Assembly (NCBI GenBank): GCA_002395775.1 | Contig: DGUV01000075.1 | Span: 30,677-94,676, forward strand | Direction: 5' to 3' | DNA from: Prevotellaceae bacterium UBA4301 | GTDB taxonomy: Bacteria > Bacteroidota > Bacteroidia > Bacteroidales > Bacteroidaceae | Length of the DNA: 64,000 nt | Part shown: positions 34,979-43,928 of the stretch, in pieces | Position numbering within the stretch: position 1 is the first letter of the stretch | Layout: each line of letters opens with the position of its first letter | Program-made: the position numbers and the translations under genes | Notes under the pieces: generated by a model | Database searches by the model: none | The model's input: the letters and a program-made list of their open reading frames with translations, nothing else | Told to the model about the DNA's origin: nothing

Positions 34979-37435
34979 TTAGAACTTGAGCGTCACGCTG
35001 CCCATTGCCGTGAAGCCAGCCATGGGAACATAGCCAATCTGATAATAACGGTTCTGCTCGGGATAGTCACTGCCGACGATGGCCGAGTACACCCAGCCCG
35101 ACGAAGCATAGCGACGATTGAAGATGTTGCGCAAATCGACACCGAAGACGATGTGCTTCAGACCTTTTCTCATTTTCTCATTTCCTCCACCTCTCATTTT
35201 CAGGTCATATCCCAGGTGGATGTTGGTCTGCGTGTACTTGGGCAGCGACCGATCCTTGTTGCAGGTGTTGTCGAGATACTGTCGCGAGACGAAGTTGGTG
35301 TGCCACGTAGCCTCGAAGCCCTTGACGTGGAAGTCGGCAAAACCATTCAGTATGGCCGCAGGCGAGAAGGCGAGCGTGGAATTGTCGTAGTGGACGGTGG
35401 TGGCCGGAAGGTCGTTCCAGTCGGCATCGTAGGTCTCTACGACCTCGTCGAAGTCACGAATCGTATTCTTGCTGATGGCGGCATTGGCTTCCAGAGAGAA
35501 CCACTTCGTCACATCTACTCCGGCCGACAGCTCCATGCCCAGCCTGTAGCTGCGATGGATGTTGGTGGTCAGTTTCTCACCGATGTCACTGTAGAGGCCC
35601 GTCTGCACGAACTGGTTGTCGTAGTACATCGAGTAGAGCCCGATGCCGGCGTGCCAGCGACTGCCTTGATAGTTGTAACCCAGTTCCACGTCGTGCAGGC
35701 TCTCTGCCTTAGGGGCAGGATAGTTGCCGTTGTCGGTGAAGTTGTTGCGCTCCGGTTCACGATGGCTGAGGGCATACGACACATAGGCCGAATGGCCATT
35801 CTGGTGGAACGAGATGCCCACCTTGGGGTTCAGGAAGTCGTACTGTTTCTTGATGTCGAGGAGATGGGCCTTGTAGGTGCCGTCCGCCTGCTTCACGAAA
35901 CTGTCGTGCGTGCCGCTGGTTATATATCCCACATGGCGATACTGCACGTCGGCAAAGGCATCCCAGGCCTTCGTGATGTGGAACATGCCCTTGAGGAAGA
36001 TTTGTCCGTCGGTCTTCGTGGCATCGTTGTCGTAGTAGTGATACCAGCCATGCTTGTCGCTGAAGAGGTCGGCCTGCAACTGGTCGTTGCTGGTGTAGGT
36101 AAGGTAACCATAGTGGTTGGCCTCGAAGTTCTGCAGCGAGACTCCGCCGATGACATCCCAACGGTTGTCCTGATAGTTGACGTTCCACACCATTCCGTAG
36201 CCGTCCTGCTTCATGCCCTTGCGGCGCACGTAGTCGGCCTTGCCCAGCGATGAGCCGTCGGAGAGCACCTCGGGCAGACCAAACTTCTTGGGCTTATTCT
36301 GGAGACGGAAACTCTGGTAGTAGCCGTGTCCGTGGGTGTAATGGAGCGTTCCGCTGGTGGTCCAGTGGTCGCTGATGTGCCACGAGAGGTTCAGCAAGTT
36401 GTGATTCTGCCAGAAGTTGTCGGTGGCACCGGGATAGAAACTTCCGTCTTTCATCTGATAGCGGCCGACAGTCCATCCGCCGTTCCAGTCGGGCGTAAAG
36501 GCTTCGTAGAGTTCGTTGTAGCGTCCGAGCCCCATCTTGTAGAGGTCCTTGTAGGTCTTCACCCCGTCGTAGGAGTTCAGACTATACTCATTGTCGCCCG
36601 GGCATACGCCGTTCCAGGCCTGTCCCGTCCGCTCGTAGTTACCGATATTCTTGTAACTCAGCTTCAGCGTCCCATCATTATTAATATAGGTAAGGCCGCC
36701 ATAGTAACTGCCGCTCCGTCCGTCGGTGCCATGGATGAATCCGTCGGTGCGCGTTCCGTGGTAGGCGCCGTCGATGATGACACCTCCCCCGGCCCCTCCC
36801 AAGGAGGGGTGATTGTCCTTGCCCTTTTTCCTCTGCAGCAGCCCTGTGGAGAACGAGCCGCCGAAGTTCCAGGTGTTGTAGGAACCGCCCGAGGCCGAAA
36901 GTTCGAGCGAGGGGAAGGGGTTCGGGGCCTTCGTTTGCAGGGCCACCGTACCGCCAAAGGCTCCGTCACCATTGGTAGATGTACCCACACCGCGCTGTAT
37001 CTGGACGTTGGAGAGCAAAGCTGAGTAGGAGTTCATGTTGGCCCAGAAGACACACTGGTCCTCGGGCGAATTAAGTGACACGCCGTCCAGTGTCACGTTG
37101 ATGCGCGAGTCGCCAGCCCCACGGATGCGCATGTAGGTCGTTCCCGTGCCCAGTCCGTTCTCGCTCCAGGCCATCACGCCCGGGGTGCGGGCAAAGAGGA
37201 AGGGCAGTTCCTGTCCCGTCCGGGAGAAGGTCTCCAGTTGCTTGCGGTCGATCTTCGTCACGGCAAAGGGAGCATTCGCAGGAGCCTTTACGGCCTTCAC
37301 AACTACTTCGTTCAGAGCCTCCATCTTCATTGAGTCGGAGACCTCATTCACTTGGGCAAATCCCACCTGTGTCATACTCATCATGAGCACGACAGCTACT
37401 AATTTCTGCATAGTATTCTTATTTATAATGTTCAT
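34979..37435 (-). CDS. TonB-dependent outer-membrane receptor, probably for thiamine uptake
   Basis: 818 aa with a signal peptide, a plug domain, beta-barrel repeats and a terminal aromatic residue (TLKF). It lies directly downstream of a TPP riboswitch. Confidence 0.85.
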   Translation of the reverse strand: MNIINKNTMQKLVAVVLMMSMTQVGFAQVNEVSDSMKMEALNEVVVKAVKAPANAPFAVTKIDRKQLETFSRTGQELPFLFARTPGVMAWSENGLGTGTTYMRIRGAGDSRINVTLDGVSLNSPEDQCVFWANMNSYSALLSNVQIQRGVGTSTNGDGAFGGTVALQTKAPNPFPSLELSASGGSYNTWNFGGSFSTGLLQRKKGKDNHPSLGGAGGGVIIDGAYHGTRTDGFIHGTDGRSGSYYGGLTYINNDGTLKLSYKNIGNYERTGQAWNGVCPGDNEYSLNSYDGVKTYKDLYKMGLGRYNELYEAFTPDWNGGWTVGRYQMKDGSFYPGATDNFWQNHNLLNLSWHISDHWTTSGTLHYTHGHGYYQSFRLQNKPKKFGLPEVLSDGSSLGKADYVRRKGMKQDGYGMVWNVNYQDNRWDVIGGVSLQNFEANHYGYLTYTSNDQLQADLFSDKHGWYHYYDNDATKTDGQIFLKGMFHITKAWDAFADVQYRHVGYITSGTHDSFVKQADGTYKAHLLDIKKQYDFLNPKVGISFHQNGHSAYVSYALSHREPERNNFTDNGNYPAPKAESLHDVELGYNYQGSRWHAGIGLYSMYYDNQFVQTGLYSDIGEKLTTNIHRSYRLGMELSAGVDVTKWFSLEANAAISKNTIRDFDEVVETYDADWNDLPATTVHYDNSTLAFSPAAILNGFADFHVKGFEATWHTNFVSRQYLDNTCNKDRSLPKYTQTNIHLGYDLKMRGGGNEKMRKGLKHIVFGVDLRNIFNRRYASSGWVYSAIVGSDYPEQNRYYQIGYVPMAGFTAMGSVTLKF
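36781..36811. repeat. Family A arm, in-frame in the TonB receptor gene
   Basis: cacctcccccggcccctcccaaggaggggtg. On the minus strand it encodes HPSLGGAGGGV. Confidence 0.7.
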
Positions 37436-37437
37436 AC

Positions 37438-37514
37438 TCTCTACGCCAGCATTACCTGGTTCAGATTCTTAGGGTCTGTTCTCAGCCACGCCAAAAGACG
37501 AGGCACCCCTGATT
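37438..37514 (-). promoter_or_regulatory. TPP (THI-box) riboswitch
   Basis: The minus strand reads caggggtgcctcgtcttttggcgtggctgagaacagaccctaagaatctgaaccaggtaatgctggcgtagagag. The GGGGUGC, CUGAGA, ACCC and GAACC..GGUAAUGC..GCG elements appear in the canonical order. The element ends 2 nt before the ATG. Confidence 0.85.
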
Positions 37515-37522
37515 AACGACTG

Positions 37523-37530
37523 CAAAGGTA
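37523..37530 (-). promoter_or_regulatory. -7 promoter box TACCTTTG upstream of the riboswitch
   Basis: The reverse complement of caaaggta, within ttattcgtacctttgcag. Confidence 0.55.
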
Positions 37531-37903
37531 CGAATAATTCGCCGACCCTGCAATAGTCTGCGTACTTTTTATATAAAATCATGATAACGTGCGCTTAGGA
37601 GCAGCGTCCAAAACATATAGAAGCATAGGCCCATACACATAATAGCATAGGCGTATGCTCATAGGAGCATTCCTTGTTCCTTGCCGAAGAACGAATATTC
37701 GCCGTCGAGGAACATAAATTCCCCGTCGGCGAACATTCGTTCTCTGACGGGGAACATATTTTACAGACAGCCCTTTCGAGGGCCCATTCCTAACTGCAAA
37801 GATAAGAAAAAAACAGGAGCAAAAGCAAATAAATGTGCCTATTATTTGCCGGGAAAGTCCAGTCCCCTCTCGTAGAGTGTCGAGAAGATGACCTGCGCTC
37901 CCC

Positions 37904-38455
37904 CTATCCCAACATCTCCAGGATGTCCTGCTCCATCTTCTCGGGCTCCGTGGTGGGGGCATAACGTTTTATGGTCTGCCCGTCGCGCGAGATGAGGAAC
38001 TTGGTGAAGTTCCACTTGATGTCGCAGTCCTTCTCCACGCTCTTGCTGATCTTCTTAAACAGGGCCTTCATGCCTTTGGCCTTCAGTCCGTTGTACTCTT
38101 CCGTGGGGACCTGAGCCTTCAGGTACTCGAAGATGGGTGTAGCCTCGGGGCCGTTGACGTCCACCTTCTTCATGATTTGGAACGTGACGCCATAGTTCAG
38201 TTGGCAGAAACCCTCAATCTCGCTGTCAGAGCCCGGGTCCTGCTTCAGGAACTGGTTGCAGGGGAAGCCCACAATGCAAAGGCCGCGGTCCTTATACTTC
38301 TGATAGAGCGCCTCCAGCCCAGCAAACTGCGGGGTAAAGCCACACTTGCTGGCGGTGTTCACTACGATAAGTACCTTTCCCTCAAACTGGGCAAAGTCCA
38401 GCTCCTTGCCTCGGCTGGTCAGGGCCTTGAAATCATAAATCTTTTCCATAATCAT
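37904..38455 (-). CDS. Glutathione peroxidase
   Basis: [15 protein letters not shown]...GFPCNQF...WNFTKFL are GPx family motifs. Confidence 0.9.
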   Translation of the reverse strand: MIMEKIYDFKALTSRGKELDFAQFEGKVLIVVNTASKCGFTPQFAGLEALYQKYKDRGLCIVGFPCNQFLKQDPGSDSEIEGFCQLNYGVTFQIMKKVDVNGPEATPIFEYLKAQVPTEEYNGLKAKGMKALFKKISKSVEKDCDIKWNFTKFLISRDGQTIKRYAPTTEPEKMEQDILEMLG

Positions 38456-38585
38456 TATATTCTAAACAGTTTTCGTTGCAAAGATACACAAAAGAGAAAG
38501 AACAATGCTAACAATTTGAGAACTATTCGTTGACCTATTGATTTTTTTCTTAAATTTGTGCAAGATATCAATAACAACAAGGAGT

Positions 38586-39524
38586 ATGAAAACAAAGAAT
38601 CTTGCGATGATTTTGCTCGCTGCCACGATGCTGACAGCATGTACGAACAAGGAAGAACAACTGCGCCAACGCGCCACGGAGCTGTGCCAATACATCCCTG
38701 GCCAAGAGCTGAAGAAAGAGGCCCGAGGCTTCATGACCGCAGACTTCTACAATGTGCTGGACACCCTGTTCAACCACCTGCCTAAGCATGAGGCCATGGA
38801 CCACGAATGGCTTCATTACTTCGTGACTGGCAACGGAGGAACGATTGCCGACTACGAAGTCGTGGGTGTGGAACAGACCGATGCGACACATGCCATAGCA
38901 ACCATAAACGTGCGTCAAAAGTGGGAGGACGGTTCATTTGATGAGACAAGCGACGTCGAAGAACACCACCTCTACATGGAGAAAGTGGACGGCAAATGGC
39001 TAATGTCTGACTTCGACGAACATAAGCAGGACTGCATCCGCCACATCGAAATCAACCACAGGAAACAGGCTCTGCGCGATGCCATGAGCGACTACTTGGT
39101 GAAGGAAGTAGGCGAACATTACCTAAAAGGTGATATGTGCATTCCCTCGCTGATGGTGGTAGCTTCGGAGAAGACCAACCCAACGGAAACTCGCGTGTGG
39201 TGCGACTGCTGGGTATGGTGGTATGAACTGTCGGGCGACACACTGAAGACCATATCGGGTGGCAATCATTCGGGTTGCATGACCATTGAGGCGAAAGGCG
39301 GCAAACCTGTCGTTACTGCCTTCGAACAGACCACCGATGGTGCCAGTTTCACACCCAGTGCCAAGCGCATCTTCGGTAAGCACTACGACATGTTACAGCT
39401 GATGCACGCCAACCACGACGTTGCCGAGGCTGTACGCAAAGAGCAGCTGGGCGAATACGTCCGTCGCCACAATATCCCCGTCCGCTACTATCAGGACTAT
39501 GGTTGGGATGCCGTGGAACTGTGA
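38586..39524 (+). CDS. Hypothetical lipoprotein
   Basis: It has a signal peptide and lipobox (MKTKNLAMILLAATMLTAC). The family is not recognised. The start was set at the ATG at 38586. Confidence 0.55.
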   Translation: MKTKNLAMILLAATMLTACTNKEEQLRQRATELCQYIPGQELKKEARGFMTADFYNVLDTLFNHLPKHEAMDHEWLHYFVTGNGGTIADYEVVGVEQTDATHAIATINVRQKWEDGSFDETSDVEEHHLYMEKVDGKWLMSDFDEHKQDCIRHIEINHRKQALRDAMSDYLVKEVGEHYLKGDMCIPSLMVVASEKTNPTETRVWCDCWVWWYELSGDTLKTISGGNHSGCMTIEAKGGKPVVTAFEQTTDGASFTPSAKRIFGKHYDMLQLMHANHDVAEAVRKEQLGEYVRRHNIPVRYYQDYGWDAVEL

Positions 39525-39533
39525 TTGTTCGCC

Positions 39534-40469
39534 TTATTGATTTGTATCGCTACGGGAATAGATGCGAGCAACAAGCGCCCCGCTGATGTTGTGCCATACG
39601 CTGAAGATGGCGCCAGGAATCGTGGCCATGGGATAAGCGGCGAAGTGGAGGGTGGCCAACGAAGAGGCCAGACCTGAATTCTGCATCCCAACCTCGATGG
39701 AGATGGCTCTGCGCTTGGCACTCGGAAGGTCGAGCACCCGCCCTATGGTGTAGCCTGCTGCCAGCCCTATCACATTGTGGAGCATGACCACAAGCACGAC
39801 CAGCATGCCGCCCGTGAGCAGGCGGTCGGCCGTATGCGACACGACCAAAGCCACCGCGAAGGCTATCACCAACGTGGAGAAAGCGGGAAGATAGGTCACG
39901 ATGCGCTGTGTGAAACGAGGGAAAAAGTGTTGCACCAAAAAGCCTACGGCAATGGGGGCAACAACCACATAGAGGATGGAGAGCAACATACCCACGGTAT
40001 CAACATCGACCATTGTCCCTGCCATCAACCACACCAGCAGAGGAGTAAGCACAGGAGCCACGAGGGTGCTCATGGCTGTCATCCCGACCGAGAGAGCAAG
40101 ATCGCCACGGGCCAGAAACGTGATGACGTTCGACGCCGTGCCACCCGGACAACAACCCACGAGGATGACGCCCAACGCCAGTTCGTCGGGCAAAGCGAAC
40201 AGCTTCACCAAGAGCCAGGCAATGAGAGGCATAGCCGTGAATTGGGCCAGGCAACCGATGAGCACATCCTTGGGATGCTGAAAGACGACACGGAAGTCCT
40301 GTGGCTTCAGGGTCAGTCCCATGCCAAACATGATTACTCCCAACAAGGGATTTATCATCCACATATCCAAGGGCAGAAACACCTCTGGCACTAACACGGC
40401 CACAATGCCCGACAGCAGCACCACGGCACCCATCCACCGGGCTATGAAGTTACAAACGGCCTGTATCAT
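39534..40469 (-). CDS. Bile acid:sodium symporter (BASS) family transporter
   Basis: 311 aa multi-pass protein with CCPGGTASNVITFLARGDLALSV. Confidence 0.8.
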   Translation of the reverse strand: MIQAVCNFIARWMGAVVLLSGIVAVLVPEVFLPLDMWMINPLLGVIMFGMGLTLKPQDFRVVFQHPKDVLIGCLAQFTAMPLIAWLLVKLFALPDELALGVILVGCCPGGTASNVITFLARGDLALSVGMTAMSTLVAPVLTPLLVWLMAGTMVDVDTVGMLLSILYVVVAPIAVGFLVQHFFPRFTQRIVTYLPAFSTLVIAFAVALVVSHTADRLLTGGMLVVLVVMLHNVIGLAAGYTIGRVLDLPSAKRRAISIEVGMQNSGLASSLATLHFAAYPMATIPGAIFSVWHNISGALVARIYSRSDTNQ

Positions 40470-40511
40470 CTATTCCATTCGTAATATTATGAGAAGGAAC
40501 TAAAGTACAAA

Positions 40512-41966
40512 TTATTTCTTCTTATCCATTCGCTTGGCCAATCCGATGGCCCCCACCGGACAAACTAAGCGACAGAGGTGACAGCCTACGCACTTTTGGC
40601 CGACAATACGAGGTCGGCGCGTATCGAGGTCAAAGACTATAGCCTGATGGCCACCATCCTGACAGGAAATCTGACAACGGCCACAGCCTACACACCGCTC
40701 GCGGTCAATCTTAGGAAAGACCATGGTGTCACGGTCAAGGTCGGAAGGCAAGACAAATGAGTCAAGTCGTTCGCCCACGATATCATCCAGACTCTTGACT
40801 CCTCGCTCCTGCATGTAGGTCTGCAAACCCAGGACGAGGTCATCGATGATGCGATAGCCATATTCCATGACGGCCGTGCATACCTGCACGTTGCGGCAGG
40901 ACAATTGGATGAACTCCAACGCATCACGCCATGTCTCTATTCCACCAATGCCGCTAAACTGAATATTCTTCATGAGCGGATTCTTTGCCATTTCGAGGAT
41001 ATGACGCAGGGCGATGGGCTTGACGGCACGACCCGAGTAGCCCGACACGGTATGCTTCTCACTGACCTCGGCCGAGGTTGACATGGTTACACTCTTAATC
41101 GTATTGATGGCCGATATGGCATCGGCTCCAGCAAAGTAGGCCCCCATTGCCGGATTGTTGATTTGCGTGATGTTGGGAGTCATCTTGGGAATGACGGGAA
41201 TCTTCACTGCACGCTTAACGTAAACCGTATAGAAAGTAACGAGCTCGGGGTTCTGCCCGACATCGCTTCCCATACCTGCCAGTCGCATCTGCGGACACGA
41301 GAAATTCAGCTCCACGGCATCGCAACCTGCAGCCTCAGCCATCTTGGCCAGTTCAATCCATTCCTCTTCGACCTGTCCCATGATGGAAGCCACGACCACC
41401 TTCGAAGGATAGTTCTGCTTCAAGCGGCGCAGGATGTCGAAATCAACCTCATACGGATTCTCCGACAATTGTTCCATATTGCGGAAGCCGGCGAATGAGG
41501 TTCCCTGCTTGACGGCATCAAAACGAGGTGACACCTCACGAATCTCCTGCTTGCAGATGGTCTTGTAAAAGACACCAGCCCACCCCATATCAAATGCCCG
41601 GGCCACCATCTCATAGTTCGTGCATACGGCAGATGATGCCAAGAAAAAGGGATTCTCACAGTGTATGCCACAGAAGTCGATGGCCAGGCTGGGCAATGAA
41701 GTGCCTGGGTTAGAAGCACATTTGACCGAACGAAGCATTTCGCGAATACGAATTGGGCGGTCATAATGAATACAAGCCTGTTCTGCCTTTTCAAGGTCAG
41801 CATCCGTACAGTCTGCTACCCATCGCCAGACATTCTTCTCGTTGGCGAAGCGAATAGCGCGTATGGCTCGCGCAGGGTCGCCGCTCTCACATACTTTCGT
41901 ACATGGTGCATCTTGGCACAGCAGACATCGGGCGGCCTCTTCTTGGATGTTCATTTTGTGTGTCAT
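40512..41966 (-). CDS. Dihydroorotate/dihydropyrimidine dehydrogenase-family flavoprotein with C-terminal 2x[4Fe-4S] (PreA-like)
   Basis: It has a TIM-barrel DHOD-like core (ELNFSCPQ, GGI). The C-terminus has CVGCGRCQISC and CVGCHLCRLVCP. An extra N-terminal cysteine motif is CLLCQDAPCTKVC. Confidence 0.7.
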   Translation of the reverse strand: MTHKMNIQEEAARCLLCQDAPCTKVCESGDPARAIRAIRFANEKNVWRWVADCTDADLEKAEQACIHYDRPIRIREMLRSVKCASNPGTSLPSLAIDFCGIHCENPFFLASSAVCTNYEMVARAFDMGWAGVFYKTICKQEIREVSPRFDAVKQGTSFAGFRNMEQLSENPYEVDFDILRRLKQNYPSKVVVASIMGQVEEEWIELAKMAEAAGCDAVELNFSCPQMRLAGMGSDVGQNPELVTFYTVYVKRAVKIPVIPKMTPNITQINNPAMGAYFAGADAISAINTIKSVTMSTSAEVSEKHTVSGYSGRAVKPIALRHILEMAKNPLMKNIQFSGIGGIETWRDALEFIQLSCRNVQVCTAVMEYGYRIIDDLVLGLQTYMQERGVKSLDDIVGERLDSFVLPSDLDRDTMVFPKIDRERCVGCGRCQISCQDGGHQAIVFDLDTRRPRIVGQKCVGCHLCRLVCPVGAIGLAKRMDKKK

Positions 41967-42008
41967 ATCCCTTTAAGTATTAATGAAGAACTATGGTTTC
42001 AAGACAAT

Positions 42009-42043
42009 AACAGGCACACCTGCATGATACGGGTGTGCCTGTT
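42009..42043 (-). terminator. Hairpin after the acyl-CoA dehydrogenase gene
   Basis: aacaggcacacc ... ggtgtgcctgtt forms a 12-bp perfect stem 10 nt downstream of the stop codon. Confidence 0.6.
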
Positions 42044-42052
42044 GATATAGGT

Positions 42053-43792
42053 TTACGCCTGACGGTAGTTGTCGATGCTTTCGCTGGTCATGCGGCAAAC
42101 GAGGGAGGCATGCTTCTCCACTTCAGCCTCAGCCAGGTTGACATACACCTGCAGGCTCTTGGCAAAGAGCTCGGGGCAACTAACGGCGTTCTGCAGGAGC
42201 AGGAGCGACATGATGACATCAGCAGCCATCTCATAGAGGTGACGGGCACAGAGGTCGTGGACCACGTTCTTGTCCTCGCCTGCAGCCTCGGCACGCTCCT
42301 GGGCTTCCTTCACCTGAGCGATGGCTGCGTTGAACTTGTCAGCCATAGCGCGCAGACGGGCAACGTAAGTCTGGCACTCAGCAGGAACTTCCTGAGCCAG
42401 CATTTCCTCAATGACCTGACTGTACAGGCCCGTAGTGACATAGCGGATGGCAGCCACGGTCTGCAACTGTGTGGTACCCTCGTAGATGCTGGTAATGCGG
42501 GCATCGCGATAGATGCGCTGGCAGGCATATTCGAGCATGAAGCCTGAACCGCCGTGCACCTGAATGCAGTCGTAGCCGTTCTGGTTGGCATACTCCGAAT
42601 TCATACCCTTGGCCAGGGGCGTGAAGGCATCGGCCAGGCGGCTGTACTTCTTCAGTTCCTGACGCTCTTCGGGCTCCAGTTTGCGGTCGCGGGCAATGTC
42701 CTCCAGGGCCTTGTAGATATCGACGTAGCGAGCGGTCTGGTACAGCAGGGCACGACCGGCATCCAGACGGGCCTTGATGTTGCTAATCATCTCTGCCACA
42801 GCGGGGAACTCGATGATGGCCTTGCCGAACTGCTTGCGGTCGCGCGCATAGGCCAGGGCTTCGTTGTAGGCAGCCTGAGAGAGGCCTACCGACTGGGCAG
42901 CGATACCCAGACGTGCACCGTTCATCAGCGACATGACGTACTTGATCAGTCCCAGCTTGCGGTCACCGCAGAGTTCGCACTTGGCATTCTTATAGACCAG
43001 TTCGCAGGTTGGCGACCCGTGGATACCAAGTTTGTTCTCGATGCGGCGCACGTTCACGCCTCCGTCGCGCTTGTCGTAGATGAACATCGACAGGCCACGA
43101 CCGTCGCGCGTGCCAGCCTCGGAGCGAGCCAGTACGAGATGGATGTCCGAGTCGCCGTTGGTGATGAAGCGCTTCGAGCCATTCAAGCGCCAGCATTGGT
43201 TTTCCTCGTCGTAGGTGGCCTTGAGCATAACGCTCTGCAGGTCGGAACCGGCATCGGGCTCAGTGAGGTCCATGGACATGGTCTCGCCGGCACAAACACG
43301 GGGGATATACTTCTGACGCTGTTCTTCGTTACCGAAGCAATAGAGTGTCTCGATGCAGTCCTGCAGAGACCAGATGTTCTCGAATCCGGCATCACCGGCG
43401 CTGACGATTTCATTGGCAGCAGTATAGACCGTGACGGGCAGGTTCAGGCCACCGTAGCGGCGGGGCATGGTCATGCCGTTCAGGCCAGCCTGGCGCATAG
43501 CATCCAGGTTCTCGTAGGTCTTCTCGGCATAGCGCACACGACCGTTCTCGCAGTGGGGGCCTTCGGCATCCACTGCCTCAGCGTTGGGTGCCACGATATT
43601 ACCAACAATGTCGCCCACAACGTCCAGCACCTTGTCATATGAGTCCATGGCATCTGCCACGTCCTGCGGTGCTTCGTCATACTGGTCCTTGTCGGCGAAA
43701 TTGCGTTCTTTCAGCTCCACGATGCGCTGCATCAGCGGACTGTTCTCCAGTTCGAACTTTATCTCTGGAATATCAGTATAGTAATTACTCAT
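42053..43792 (-). CDS. Acyl-CoA dehydrogenase (long form)
   Basis: 579 aa with EPDAGSD, GSKRFITNG, QVHGGSGF and IYEGT motifs. It lies downstream of etfB-etfA. Confidence 0.85.
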   Translation of the reverse strand: MSNYYTDIPEIKFELENSPLMQRIVELKERNFADKDQYDEAPQDVADAMDSYDKVLDVVGDIVGNIVAPNAEAVDAEGPHCENGRVRYAEKTYENLDAMRQAGLNGMTMPRRYGGLNLPVTVYTAANEIVSAGDAGFENIWSLQDCIETLYCFGNEEQRQKYIPRVCAGETMSMDLTEPDAGSDLQSVMLKATYDEENQCWRLNGSKRFITNGDSDIHLVLARSEAGTRDGRGLSMFIYDKRDGGVNVRRIENKLGIHGSPTCELVYKNAKCELCGDRKLGLIKYVMSLMNGARLGIAAQSVGLSQAAYNEALAYARDRKQFGKAIIEFPAVAEMISNIKARLDAGRALLYQTARYVDIYKALEDIARDRKLEPEERQELKKYSRLADAFTPLAKGMNSEYANQNGYDCIQVHGGSGFMLEYACQRIYRDARITSIYEGTTQLQTVAAIRYVTTGLYSQVIEEMLAQEVPAECQTYVARLRAMADKFNAAIAQVKEAQERAEAAGEDKNVVHDLCARHLYEMAADVIMSLLLLQNAVSCPELFAKSLQVYVNLAEAEVEKHASLVCRMTSESIDNYRQA

Positions 43793-43797
43793 AATCA

Positions 43798-43927
43798 GAC
43801 CCCCTCCCCGCTCCCCCTTGTTGGGGGAGAGTAGAATGATTTGTGGGAGGGTATTCTACTTCAAAAATATAATAATAATGAAATGTAACCGCTCCCCGCC
43901 CTACAAGGGAGGGGCCGGGGGCGGGTC
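43798..43927. repeat. Family A inverted doublet between etfA and the acyl-CoA dehydrogenase gene
   Basis: Left arm: gaccccctccccgctcccccttgttgggggagag. The reverse complement of the right arm is gacccgcccccggcccctcccttgtagggcggggagcgg. The core is AT-rich. Confidence 0.8.
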
Positions 43928-43928
43928 T

